Origin: Antedon mediterranea
Lineage: Eukaryota; Animalia; Echinodermata
Direction of reading: 5' to 3'
DNA: 64,000 nt
Assembly (NCBI RefSeq): GCF_964355755.1
Contig: NC_092673.1
Coordinates: forward strand, 21,139,648-21,203,647
Part shown: one piece after another, positions 48,101 through 58,100 of the stretch
How the letters are laid out: each line of letters begins with the position of its first letter
Position numbering within the stretch: the stretch's first letter is position 1
Notes under the pieces: model-generated
What the model saw: the letters and a program-made list of their open reading frames with translations, nothing else
Databases searched by the model: none
Told to the model about the DNA's origin: nothing
Position numbers and translations under genes: made by a program

Positions 48101-48186
48101 TTCCAGTGCCTCATCAGAAAGAAGCTGCGGTTTCTAAACCCAAAAAATATCAGGATAATAACAGATCAAGTTACAAACAACGCTAG
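10287..48186 (+). CDS. JAKMIP-family giant coiled-coil protein with C-terminal RIMBP-type FN3 and SH3 (35 coding exons, ~3,760 aa)
   Basis: All exons below join in frame by hand. Exons 1-8 follow recalled JAKMIP motifs (DMRRL-IDELKSKDRVIGDLEKELG; RLQLRLTELNNTVRRLEDRN; QLQTVVGGTLDTQREAK; ELLEFQLLE); exons 31-34 encode FN3 and SH3. Confidence 0.8.
10956..11068. mobile_element. Small Tc1/mariner-type MITE
   Basis: TA|CAGTCTCAACTCTCCCAATA...TATTGGGAGAGTTGACTG|TA; related remnants near 3304-3398 and 48656-49073. Confidence 0.75.
14013..14327. mobile_element. Kolobok-like MITE (TTAA TSD)
   Basis: TTAA|AGATGTATTGTCCCCC...GGGGGACAATACATCT|TTAA. Confidence 0.85.
14337..14442 (-). mobile_element. Deu/Nin-type SINE fragment
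   Basis: Minus strand GGGTTCGAGC...CCTTCGGATGGGACGTAAAGCCG...GTGCACATTAAAGAAC. Confidence 0.6.
14699..14902 (+). CDS. exon 2
   Basis: CAG/GTAAGT; IDELKSKDRVIGDLEKELGYQ... Confidence 0.92.
15971..16370. repeat. 20-bp minisatellite (ACCTGCTATTTGCAGCCTAG)x20
   Basis: Near-perfect tandem units. Confidence 0.97.
16499..16738 (+). CDS. exon 3
   Basis: TAG/GTAAGT; TNEDSDKERRLQLRLTELNNTVRRLEDRN... Confidence 0.92.
16839..17006 (+). CDS. exon 4
   Basis: AAG/GTGAGT; ...EVELLRAKLEQQARVIDRL. Confidence 0.85.
17099..17206 (+). CDS. exon 5
   Basis: CAG/GTAAAG; NNTDLLSIDRK...DEDDWNE. Confidence 0.85.
17328..17453 (+). CDS. exon 6
   Basis: CAG/GTAAGT; FDKAELEANYQQL...VGGTLDTQREAK. Confidence 0.92.
17930..18090 (+). 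mobile_element. Penelope-like pLTR fragment with degenerate hammerhead motif
   Basis: CTTGATAAT-GACCCCATGATGGAGTC-GAAACGTCG followed by a T-rich tract and AATAAA. Confidence 0.5.
18216..18362 (+). CDS. exon 7
   Basis: AAG/GTGAGT; IRRELESDLIESQATIESLQQLL...DWLKEKQ. Confidence 0.9.
18986..18991 (+). CDS. Candidate 6-nt microexon (Pro-Lys)
   Basis: TTTCTGCCTTTTATTTATAG|CCAAAG|GTATGT, frame-preserving. Confidence 0.5.
20246..20383 (+). CDS. exon 8
   Basis: CAG/GTAAGT; LHELEYSLKEVKDEKELLEFQLLE... Confidence 0.9.
20405..22400. repeat. ~2-kb purine-rich minisatellite, 29/32-bp units
   Basis: GAGAGGAGAYAATGAGAGAA(GAA)RGAGTGAAR tandem units. Confidence 0.97.
22629..22694 (+). CDS. exon 9
   Basis: TAG/GTATGT; ITQHPRTEEAGLHYACTLDQFN. 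Confidence 0.8.
22740..22844. repeat. Near-perfect intronic hairpin (49-bp arms, 7-nt loop)
   Basis: Arms 22740-22788 and 22796-22844 are reverse complements with one mismatch. Confidence 0.9.
22911..22964 (+). CDS. exon 10
   Basis: CAG/GTACAG; EIMYSELRQRLQALNSNK. Confidence 0.8.
23184..23255 (+). CDS. exon 11
   Basis: TAG/GTACAA; DFVVSKADSELLNQTLKMLDIADM. Confidence 0.8.
23403..23549 (+). CDS. exon 12
   Basis: CAG/GTGAGC; RLVSMDEEMASLRKVITELEIE... Confidence 0.88.
24071..24280 (+). CDS. exon 13
   Basis: CAG/GTAAGT; KVTELEQALEQF...RQLAN. Confidence 0.88.
24394..24622. mobile_element. Kolobok-like MITE copy
   Basis: TTAA|AGATGTATTTTCCC...GGACAATACATCT|TTAA. Confidence 0.75.
25556..25663 (+). 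CDS. exon 14
   Basis: TAG/GTGAAA; RVTELERELAVRERHLNK... Confidence 0.85.
25901..26026 (+). CDS. exon 15
   Basis: TAG/GTATGT; TIKNLQDFLMEHE...ISHLKM. Confidence 0.87.
27794..32281 (+). CDS. exon 16: giant 4,488-nt acidic coiled-coil exon (1,496 aa)
   Basis: TTTCTTTCAG acceptor, AAG|GTATGT donor, uninterrupted E/K/L-rich ORF. Confidence 0.93.
32493..32645 (+). CDS. exon 17 (probable GC donor)
   Basis: CAG acceptor; SNQAIELEQELLHL...ETGNT; phase-0 end best fits ACT|GCAAGT. Confidence 0.72.
32844..32924 (+). CDS. exon 18
   Basis: TAG/GTAATT; VSIPENEYQQLKTQVMLLSFDDQEKPQ. Confidence 0.8.
33145..33180. repeat. (TA)n microsatellite
   Basis: Read directly. Confidence 0.95.
34381..34477 (+). CDS. 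exon 19
   Basis: CAG/GTACAG; phase 0->1, required to link exons 18 and 20. Confidence 0.72.
34726..35774 (+). CDS. exon 20 (Pro-rich, likely disordered linker)
   Basis: TAG/GTAAGA; open frame with HCALC, PPPLPGSAPP, PPLPQSAPP, PELAPKPP. Confidence 0.88.
36115..36210 (+). CDS. exon 21
   Basis: CAG/GTATAA; EKDNLIQEIRKREEELKRKL... Confidence 0.85.
36304..36408 (+). CDS. exon 22
   Basis: TAG/GTGAGT; IQAKELDLEDKNFEIARLKSENWQKE... Confidence 0.85.
36564..36635 (+). CDS. exon 23
   Basis: CAG/GTATAA; IEELKRLNG...KKLRDE. Confidence 0.83.
36759..36875 (+). CDS. exon 24
   Basis: TAG/GTATGA; LDLTKNHLRVKENQL... Confidence 0.83.
37940..38077 (+). CDS. exon 25
   Basis: TAG/GTAAGA; EEELKKKTDELQNL... 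Confidence 0.85.
38189..38344 (+). CDS. exon 26
   Basis: CAG/GTATGA; KIQMENEVAKLPEM... Confidence 0.85.
38787..38909 (+). CDS. exon 27
   Basis: CAG/GTAAAA; TSQEMYLADENASLQEKV... Confidence 0.85.
39012..39320. mobile_element. Harbinger-like MITE
   Basis: TIR AGCTCTGTCTACACTATTAA / TTAATAGTGTAGATAGAGCT; flanks TGA and TAA. Confidence 0.72.
39461..39596. repeat. ~136-bp palindrome centred on (TA)n
   Basis: TTAATTAAATTTCAGTATATCACCGGGCGG... mirrored with few mismatches. Confidence 0.9.
39646..39717 (-). pseudogene. tRNA-like sequence (anticodon position ATC), probably a pseudo-tRNA or repeat head
   Basis: GCCCCAG/TTGGGGC acceptor stem, TGGTCTAATGG A box, CCGAG-TTCGAGT-CTTGG T arm; atypical anticodon loop ATATCAA. 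Confidence 0.65.
40180..40370. repeat. ~29-30-bp minisatellite (CAGACACTTCTTCGAAGACACAC...)
   Basis: About six degenerate tandem units. Confidence 0.85.
40775..40831 (+). CDS. exon 28 (its 3' end seeds the 41-bp satellite)
   Basis: TAG acceptor; FDRMEEQKNEAELSICPLK|GTATGT; continues in frame into AKVSYLREKCKER. Confidence 0.83.
40817..41459. repeat. 41-bp splice-junction satellite, left block
   Basis: (ATTTGTCCCYTTAAG GTATGTCATTTACCCTTTGTTGTTAT)n, ~16 units, some 38 bp. Confidence 0.97.
41460..42464 (-). mobile_element. 5'-truncated CR1-clade LINE with a 400-bp internal tandem duplication
   Basis: LYKAIIRPTLEYC...LEKVQERATKLI...LPYSERLKILNLPTLAYRR, ...WNSLSEDVV...NQFKSGLE; (AAACAAGT)n tail; 41494-41893 repeated at 41894-42293; in-frame stop and frameshift. 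Confidence 0.9.
42465..44330. repeat. 41-bp splice-junction satellite, right block
   Basis: ~45 units with AAG|GT and AAT-GT variants; one more unit at ~44647-44691. Confidence 0.97.
44330..44634. mobile_element. Degenerate Kolobok-like MITE
   Basis: GTATTTGTCCCTAAAA...GCGGACAATATAT; interior resembles 14013-14327. Confidence 0.55.
44863..45489 (+). CDS. exon 29
   Basis: TAG/GTGAGA; AKVSYLREKCKERDLMIKKM...HRRSK. Confidence 0.9.
45593..46211 (+). CDS. exon 30 (His/Ser/Asn-rich linker)
   Basis: AAG acceptor, phase-1 G|GTAAAT donor. Confidence 0.85.
46409..46593 (+). CDS. exon 31: FN3 domain, N-terminal part
   Basis: PPDPPTHFTVAKQLGKHGVLLTWVPPVMDSNYCSNGSHVNGYKLFVNG; resembles recalled RIMBP FN3 (SW.PP....SNG..V.GY). 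Confidence 0.9.
46906..47121 (+). CDS. exon 32: FN3 domain, C-terminal part
   Basis: TAG/GTGAGT; ALVDGVDLTTSVTFGIQTMSEVGLHS. Confidence 0.88.
47377..47511 (+). CDS. exon 33: RIMBP-type SH3, N-terminal part
   Basis: FIAVYEYIPEKHSPNDYPAYELAFEEGDILTIYGQKRQDGFFQGK (SPN insert and DGF motif). Confidence 0.92.
47645..47719 (+). CDS. exon 34: SH3, C-terminal part
   Basis: VRGKRGLVPSNFIEEI. Confidence 0.92.
48037..48186 (+). CDS. exon 35: terminal basic tail and TAG stop
   Basis: CAG acceptor; SKRSQNKISER...YKQR*. Confidence 0.82.
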   Translation, partial: SKRSQNKISERTRPSRHSRKTLPVPHQKEAAVSKPKKYQDNNRSSYKQR

Positions 48187-49208
48187 CAAAGACCACCTCT
48201 AGAAATCTTGTAATTAGCAATAATGTTTTTTATTTCACTTGGAAAGCAATTCATCAAAAAACTCAACCAACATCATAAAAGTCATGTATGCCTTTTTCAA
48301 ATAAGCCTTTTTATGGCTTAATTGTGTTAAATTTAATCAACACCATTTCTTGACAGTGGTTTCATAATTAATTTTTTTAATTTCACATTTTAGTAATAAG
48401 AAGCTGTCATGCATTTAGTTAATGTTAGGCATGCTGCCAAGGATGTATCAATCAAGATAGAGGCTACACACTAGCTGTCTACCTTAATGTATAGTGTAGA
48501 AATTAACATTAATCAAGATTATATAAGTGGATGTACTATATTTATCAACTTAAATTATTAATAATTCCGTCCAGAAACCGTCCATTTTCTGCATCAGTTT
48601 TGAAGCATACAGTATGTGATATTTTGTGCTGTTCTTATAGAGAAATGTATGGAATCAACTCTCCCAATACCAGACTCCTTTAGAAACAAGAAACTTTTCT
48701 CAAAATCTATATATAAATTATGGTTAATTCTGACATAGGCGAACACAATGGAAAAACTTTGGTACAAATCTCTGCCTTAGATACCTACCTGATCTATATC
48801 AGATGTACCGTGAAATGTAAATTTGATAATATTAATTTTCACTATTACGATATTGTTCCATATTTCTATCTTAGGAAGATATTATAAAGAGTTTGTTAAC
48901 AAAATTTATGATTTCAACAGTAGATTTTCAACTCAATTTTAATTCTTCGCGGTCAAAGTAATTTCCGGGTTCACGATGAGTTCACCTTGCAACAACCTGG
49001 TTATTTAAAATTTCTTTAAAAATTCTGAAACCAAGCTTTCGGAGAAACATTTTGGGCAAACATTGGGAGAGTTATTCAAAATCTATAGGCCTAAGCTTAA
49101 ATTAAATTTTCTATTATTATAATGTTATTTATTTATGTTACACATGTTTAATTTTTTTTTTAATTTGAAATGGTTTTGATTATAAATATCATAAAATATT
49201 AAGAGGCG

Positions 49209-49214
49209 AATAAA
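49209..49214 (+). terminator. Candidate polyadenylation signal
   Basis: AATAAA ~1 kb after the stop, followed by T-rich sequence. Confidence 0.4.
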
Positions 49215-51731
49215 TGTTACATTTATATAAATATGACTTCTGATTCTTCCTTATTTACTGTCTGCTATTCACATAAATTAATTTTAACAACAATTTGTTT
49301 TGCATTGATTGTTCCATGAACTTTAGCCACATGATTTAAAAATAACTAAATTTCCTGGAAAGATGGCAAAACAATTACTACAGTATTGTTTCAAGAAGTA
49401 TCAATTGCTAAAAAGAGGAATAAATATTTCGTTTTTAGAATCACCTGCGTACATAATAGCAAACCAACTATACCACCAGCAAAACAATTAATTTTATTGG
49501 GGGAAAATTGAAGAAAACAAAACTATAAAAGTGGTGTTCAGTGCAACCATGGAGAATTGTCACCAACTTTACCAGCAAAATAATTAATGTTATTGGGGGA
49601 AAATGGATGAAAACTAAACTACAATAATAGTTCAATCCAACCATGGAGAATGGTCAAACAAAACGTAATATCAGTGTAACATTAAATGTAGCATAACAAA
49701 TGTGTACATTTGCCTAATATTACATAATCCATTTTCTAAATTAAATGAAATCTTACCACCATATGTCACATGCCATAGGACTGTACAACTATCTACTCCT
49801 TCAAATATAAATTAAATAAGAAGTACATGATTGGTTATAAAAATGAAATGGTTCGGTGCAATTTGTAATAATATGACTGCATTATTACGTCGGTGTTACG
49901 TAAAATCTTTATCAAGCCTATTGTTCTCAAAAATGAAAAGCTCCTTGTTGTAGTTCTGTCTTTAATGTTTTATTTTATTATTGTTTTTATGTAAGGGCTC
50001 TGCATGAAAAGCTAATTGATTATTAGCAGAGTGCCTATTTCACCATTATAATGAATTGTTATAATATGTACAAATTTATGTGAAACAAATATTACTTGAA
50101 TTTATATCTTGTTCAGGTATTTGGTGATTTCATCTCTCCATCTTCTCTTTACTCTCGCGCGCTCTCTCTCTCTCTCTCTCTCCACTTTTTACCATTTCTT
50201 GATGCTATTCTGTGAGCTTCTTGGTCTATCAATTATTCTCTTATGTGTTATGCCTATCTTTTCTTCATTTCATTTCTTTGACCTTTCCTATAATGTCATG
50301 GATGTTGTTTTGTCTTATTTCGGTATTTCTATAACATTGTCACAAAATACTGTAGTATTTCAAACAAGCTACCCTCATTATTAATATGGAACGATCCATT
50401 TGATGATCTGAGTTTTCTAGTACCATTCTGGAACTAGAAAAGTCATATATTGATTTGACTTTTCTAGATCTAGACTACTCAGATATATCTGAGATCTGAG
50501 TTTTCTAGATCTGAGTTTTCTAGACACCTGTCACAAAGTGATCAATTCTTCTTCATAGAATCCAAAGCTAATACAATTATATTTTCACACCGTCATCATC
50601 CATCATATTAATTCTTAATACAATTAATTATTCTTTTAATGCATATCACATACCAAACAATGTGGTGTAAAGTGATCTTCATTGAAGAGGACATAAGCAC
50701 TAGTGAATTGGGGCGTAACCCATACTAGTTGCTGCTGTACATTATTCTATGAGGTGTGATGTTGTTATAACTTTTTAAAACTAAATAAAAACGGTGATTT
50801 TATCAAGAAATCTTTTATTGAATGAAATTATGATTTGTGGAATACTATAGGCCTATACTGTACAAGATTGAAAATAGCAACAAGAAAATGGAGGTTTATT
50901 TTTATTGATTGATTAAGATGATCAAATTAAAAATTATTTTAAAAGTTATTTTAAAGCTCAGGTACAGGCATGAATTTTAAATATAATATTTGGTTAATTG
51001 TACATAAATCAAATATTTGTAACAGAAATCGAGACGAAAAAACATGAATTTCCCTTAATATGGTCAAATACAAAATTTGGCAAAATTCTTCCAAAAAAAC
51101 CAGGAAGACTTTTTTTTAGTAGTTAGGTACTTAACCTAATGTAATAACATGTCGGGTGACTCCCTAGACGGTGAAAAAAGATGGTGGATATACGGTGGAT
51201 AATTTTTGCTATAGCATGAAAATAAAAATCTGAAGTTGAATAAAAATATCAGAAATGTAATATTCAAGTTATATTACCTATATTTAGTCATCTGATAACA
51301 TTTTTTACCACACCGTTTATTTTTCATAGCTTTTTAAAATGCCTCGCTATTTACAAAATTTGTGTACAAAAGAATAGAGATTTTACTGTGTAATTTGAAC
51401 TATCCCCCCACTGATAAGAAAGTGCTTATTTCCAACAAGCTCGTAGCCTCGTGTAACACAAATAAAATCCCCAAAATTATGAAACATAGGGGAAACTATC
51501 GATCAATAATTATTGGAATGTATGATCAATAGAAATTTTTTGCCCGCACCACCTGGCCTTTTTAAAAGTATTTGACCAAAAATCGGATGGAAAATAAAGT
51601 TATTTATGAACAAAATTCATAGTCTCTTTTTATTAATTTAGTTTTTGGGAACAATACTCTTCTTTCAAATTGTTTATTGAAAATGAATCAATATTTTACA
51701 ATTATTGAATTTGGATCGATACTGTAAACAT

Positions 51732-51749
51732 TAGCGCGCATGCGCGCTA
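51732..51749. promoter_or_regulatory. Palindrome TAGCGCGCATGCGCGCTA (NRF1-type GCGCATGCGC core)
   Basis: Perfect 18-bp palindrome; second CGCATGCGCG at ~51847. Confidence 0.4.
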
Positions 51750-52153
51750 TACAATCTTTGCTTTTGAGATCGAGGAGACTGTGACCGTAGGAGGCGGTGT
51801 TCTAAGAAATCCAACCCCCCCATAATTCTCAACCCCCCCTTAACAACGCATGCGCGAAAAGGGAGTTTTTCATGTTTATTCAACGATTACACGCTTCACT
51901 GATCTTCGCTGGCTTGGAGGGGAGGTTGAAAATTTTAGCTAAGCTAAAACTTTCAACCCCCCGTGAAAGTTAACCCCCCCCCCCCCCCCCCCACACCTCC
52001 CTTCTCTTTTGACTGACCCTCTCCCATCTCTTATAGCAGAACCACATAGTTATCTAAAACAAAAAATAAATAAACATGGATATTACGAGGGCCTTTTTAT
52101 AATCATAATTTTATTTTTTTATGTCGCAATAATAATAATACAATTTTCAGAAT

Positions 52154-55100
52154 ATCTCCCTCTGTTTTACAAAGAAGTTCTGATTCATTTTTTCATAATC
52201 GATCGGTTGTCAACACTATGTCAAATATAAATATAAACAAAATGGTTTTATTTAAGAACCATTTTGTTTGCGGGGTTCGTTTTCATGGCCTATCTAAAAT
52301 GTTCAACCCCCTCCCCTCACCCACCTTGGTACCTTCTGTTTAAAAAAGTTCTGAATCGATTTTCATCATTATTTTTTTATAATCGATCAGTTCTCAACAC
52401 TAAAAAAAATTGGTTTTAAGTCCGACTATCATAGAAATTGGAGGGGGTTCGTTTCCACAGCATATACCATGAGGTAGGCCTACTTGTCTAAAATCGTCAA
52501 CCCCGCTGTGAAAGAATGTCTCCCCTCTGTTTAAAGAAGTTCTGAATCGATTTTCATCATTATTTTTTCATAATCGATCAGTTCTCAGCACTATGTCAAA
52601 TATCAATACAAACAAAATTTGGTTTTGAATATCACAGAAATTGGAGGGTGGGGGGGGGGGGGTTCGTTTTCATGGCCTATCTAAAATTTTCAACCCCCCT
52701 GTGAAGGAATGAACCCCCCCGCTTTGTTTAAAGAAGTTCTGAATCGATATTCATCATTATTTTTTCATAATCTATCAGTTCTCAACACTATGTCAATTAT
52801 CAATACAAAAAAAATTGGTTTTACATCAGAATATCATAGAAATTGGAGGGGGTTCGTTTTCATGGCCTATCTAAAATTTTCAACCCCCCTGTGAAGGAAT
52901 GACCCCCTTTGTTTAAAGAAGTTCTGAATCAATATTCATCATTATTTTTTCATAATCGATCAGTTCTCAACACTATGTCAATTATCAATACAAAATGAAT
53001 TTGGTTTTACATCAGAATATCATAGAAATTGGAGGGGGGTTCGTTTTCATGGCCTATCTAAAATTTTCAACCCCCCTGTGAAAGAATGGCCCACCTCTGT
53101 TTAAAGAAGTTCTGAATCAATATTCATCATTATTTTTTCATAATCGATCAGTTCTCAACACTATGTCAATTATCAATACAAAATGAATTTGGTTTTACAT
53201 CAGAATATCACAGAAATTGGAGGGGGTTCGTTTTCATGGCCTATCTAAAATGTTCAACCCCCCTGTGAAGGAATGACCCCCCTTTGTTTAAAGAAGTTCT
53301 GAATCGATATTCATCATTATTTTTTCATAATCTATCAGTTCTCAACACTATGTCAATTATCAATACAAAAAAAAATTGGTTTTAAATGCGATTATCACAG
53401 AAATTGGAGGGGGGGGGGGTTCGTTTTCATGGCCTATCTAAAATTTTCAACACCCCTGTGAAAGAATGAACCCCCTCTGTTTAAAGAAGTTCTGAATCAA
53501 TATTCATCATTATTTTTTCATAATCGATCAGTTCTCAACACTATGTCAATTATCAATACAAAATGAATTTGGTTTTAAATGCGATTATCACAGAAATTGG
53601 AGGGGGGTTCGTTTTCATGGCCTATCTAAAATTTTCAACCCCCCCTGTGAAAGAATGTCCCCCCCCCCCCCCTCTGTTTAAAGAAGTTCTGAATCGATAT
53701 TCATCATTATTTTTTCATAATCGATCAGTTCTCAACACTATGTCAAATATCAATAAAACAAAATTTGGTTTAAAATGAGAATATCATAGAAATTGGAGGG
53801 GGGTTCGTTTTCATGGCCTATCTAAAATTTCCAACCCCCCTGTGAAAGAATGACCCCCCTCTGTTTAAAGAAGTTCTGAATCAATATTCATCATTATTTT
53901 TTCATTATCGATCAGTTCTCAACACTATGTCAATTATCAATACAAAATGAATTTGGTTTTACATCAGAATATCATAGAAATTGGAGGGGGTTCGTTTTCA
54001 TGGCCTATCTAAAATTTCCAACCCCCCTGTGAAAGAATGATCCCCCCCCCCCCCCTTTGTTTAAAGAAGTTCTGAATCGATATTCATCATTATTTTTTCA
54101 TAATCGATCACTTCTCAACACTATGTCAATTATCAATACAAAAAAAATTGGTTTTAAATGCGATTATCACAGAAATTGGAGGGGGGTTCTTTCCACAGCA
54201 TATAACCAGATAGGCCTACTTCTTAAGATTGATTAATGGCTTAAAATATCTAATCCAAAATCTGTCATTCTTAAATTGTTTTATGATGTTAAAGGTCGAG
54301 GGGTTGGTAGACTTCATTCTTTTGAAAATATTTTTTTCTTTTAAATAAACAACTGGTCAATCAGCTAGTAATATTGCAGGTCACCGGTACTGTCAGTATA
54401 CAGTTGTTAAATTTTATAATATTGAAAATTTTAAACTACATCACATTACACAATCTAAAATGTTTGTTTAAAAAAAAACTTATCTAGGCTCACTTCTGCA
54501 CATGCATTTTAATATGTAACATCTTGTATTTTTATGTATGCGTAGAGAATTGTTTAATAAACGAAACGAAATGTTCAACCCCCTGTGACGAAATTTCCTC
54601 CTCAGTTTTAAGAAGTTTTGAATCGATATTCATCATTATGTTTATAGTAATCGATCAGTTCTCAACACTACGTTAATTATCAATACAAACAAAAATTTGT
54701 TTTAAATCAGAATATCATAGAAATTGGATCGGAGGGGGGTTCGTTTTCATGGCCTATCTAAAATTTTCAACCCCCCTGTGAAGGAATGACCCCCTTTGTT
54801 TAAAGAAGTTCTGAATCGATATTCATCATTATTTTTTGATAATCTATCAGTTCTCAACACTATGTCAATTATCAATACAAAAAAAATTGGTTTTAAATGC
54901 GATTATCACAGAAATTGGAGGGGGGGTTCGTTTTCATGGCCTATCTAAAATTTTTAACCCCCCTGTGAAAGAATGAACCCCCTCTGTTTAAAGAAGTTCT
55001 GAATCAATATTCATCATTATTTTTTCATAATCGATCAGTTCTCAACACTATGTCAATTATCAATACAAAATGAATTTGGTTTTACATCAGAATATCATAG

Positions 55101-58100
55101 AAATTGGAGGGGGTTCGTTTTCATGGCCTATCTAAAATTTTCAACCCCCCTGTGAAGGAATGACCCCCTTTGTTTAAAGAAGTTCTGAATCGATATTCAT
55201 CATTATTTTTTCATAATCGATCAGTTCTCAATACTATGTCAAATATCAATAAAACAAAATTTGGTTTTAAATCAGAATATCATAGAAATTGGAGGGGGGT
55301 TCGTTTTCATGGCCTATCTAAAATTTCCAACCCCCTGTGAAAGAATGACCCCCCTCTGTTTAAAGAAGTTCTGAATCAATATTCATCATTATTTTTTCAT
55401 TATCGATCAGTTCTCAACACTATGTCAATTATCAATACAAAATGAATTTGGTTTTACATCAGAATATCATAGAAATTGGAGGGGGTTCGTTTTCATGGCC
55501 TATCTAAAATTTCCAACCTCCCTGTGAAGGAATGACCCCCCTTTGTTTAAAGAAGTTCTGAATCGATATTCATCATTATTTTTTCATAATCGATCACTTC
55601 TCAACACTATGTCAATTATCAATACAAAAAAAATTGGTTTTAAATGCGATTATCACAGAAATTGGAGGGGGGGTTCTTTCCACAGCATATAACCAGATAG
55701 GCCTACTTCTTAAAGTTGATTAATGGCTTAAAATATCTAATCCAAAATCTGTCATTCTTAAATTGTTTTATGATGTTAAAGGTCGAGGGGTTGGTAGACT
55801 TCATTCTTTTGAAAATATTTTTTTCTTTTAAATAAACAACTGGTCAATCAGCTAGTAATATTGCAGGTCACCGGTACTGTCAGTATACAGTTGTTAAATT
55901 TTATAATATTGAACATTTTAAACTACATCACATTACACAATCTAAAATGTTTGTTTAAAAAAAAACTTATCTAGGCTCACTTCTGCACATGCATTTTAAT
56001 ATGTAACATCTTGTATTTTTATGTATGCGTAGAGAATTGTTTAATAAACGAAACGAAATGTTCAACCCCCTGTGACGAAATTTCCTCCTCAGTTTTAAGA
56101 AGTTTTGAATCGATATTCATCATTATGTTTATAGTAATCGATCAGTTCTCAACACTACGTTAATTATCAATACAAACAAAAATTTGTTTTAAATCAGAAT
56201 ATCATAGAAATTGGATCGGAGGGGGGTTCGTTTTCATGGCCTATCTAAAATTTTCAACCCCCCTGTGAAGGAATGACCCCCTTTGTTTAAAGAAGTTCTG
56301 AATCGATATTCATCATTATTTTTTCATAATCTATCAGTTCTCAACACTATGTCAATTATCAATACAAAAAAAATTGGTTTTAAATGCGATTATCACAGAA
56401 ATTGGAGGGGGGGTTCGTTTTCATGGCCTATCTAAAATGTTTAACCCCCCTGTGAAAGAATGAACCCCCTCTGTTTAAAGAAGTTCTGAATCAATATTCA
56501 TCATTATTTTTTCATAATCGATCAGTTCTCAACACTATGTCAATTATCAATACAAAATGAATTTGGTTTTACATCAGAATATCATAGAAATTGGAGGGGG
56601 TTCGTTTTCATGGCCTATCTAAAATTTTCAACCCCCCTGTGAAGGAATGACCCCCTTTGTTTAAAGAAGTTCTGAATCGATATTCATCATTATTTTTTCA
56701 TAATCGATCAGTTCTCAACACTATGTCAAATATCAATAAAACAAAATTTGGTTTTAAATCAGAATATCATAGAAATTGGAGGGGGGTTCGTTTTCATGGC
56801 CTATCTAAAATTTCCAACCCCCCTGTGAAAGAATGACCCCGCTCTGTTTAAAGAAGTTCTGAATCAATATTCATCATTATTTTTTCATTATCGATCAGTT
56901 CTCAACACTATGTGAATTATCAATACAAAATGAATTTGGTTTTACATCAGAATATCATAGAAATTGGAGGGGGTTCGTTTTCATGGCCTATCTAAAATTT
57001 CCAACCCCGCTGTGAAGGAATGACCCCCCTTTGTTTAAAGAAGTTCTGAATCGATATTCATCATTATTTTTTCATAATCGATCACTTCTCAACACTATGT
57101 CAATTATCAATACAAAAAAAATTGGTTTTAAATGCGATTATCACAGAAATTGGAGGGGGGTTCTTTCCACAGCATATAACCAGATAGGCCTACTTCTTAA
57201 GGTTGATTAATGGCTTAAAATATCTAATCCAAAATCTGTCATTCTTAAATTGTTTTATGATGTTAAAGGTCGAGGGGTTGGTAGACTTCATTTTTTTGAA
57301 AATATTTTTTTCTTTTAAATAAACAACTGGTCAATCAGCTAGTAATATTGCAGGTCACCGGTACTGTCAGTATACAGTTGTTAAATTTTATAATATTGAA
57401 AATTTTAAACTACATCACATTACACAATCTAAAATGTTTGTTTAAAAAAAAACTTATCTAGGCTCACTTCTGCACATGCATTTTAATATGTAACATCTTG
57501 TATTTTTATGTATGCGTAGAGAATTGTTTAATGAAACGAAACGAAATGTTCAACCCCCTGTGACGAAATTTCCTCCTCAGTTTTAAGAAGTTTTGAATCG
57601 ATATTCATCATTATGTTGATTGTAATCGATCAGTTCTCAACACTACGTTAATTATCAATACAAACAAAAATTTGTTTTAAATCAGAATATCATAGAAATT
57701 GGATCGGAGTGGGTTCGTTTTCATGGCCTATCTAAAATTTTCAACCTCCCTGTGAAGGAATGACCCACCTTTGTTTAAGAAGTTCTGAATCGATATTCAT
57801 GATTATTTTTTCATAATCTATCAGTTCTCAACACTATGTCAATTATCAATACAAAAAAAATTGGTTTTAAATGCGATTATCACAGAAATTGGAGGGGGGT
57901 TCGTTTTCATGGCCTATCTAAAATTTTCAACCCCCTGTGAAAGAATGACCCCCCCCCCCCCCCTCTGTTTAAAGAAGTTCTGAATCGATATTCATCATTA
58001 TTTTTTCATAATCGATCAGTTCTCAACACTATGTCAAATATCAATAAAACAAAATTTGGTTTTAAATCAGAATATCATAGAAATTGGAGGGGGGTTCGTT

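Noticed and set aside
49470-49660. ~95-bp two-copy tandem duplication after the gene
   Set aside because: Ordinary local duplication with no sign of function.
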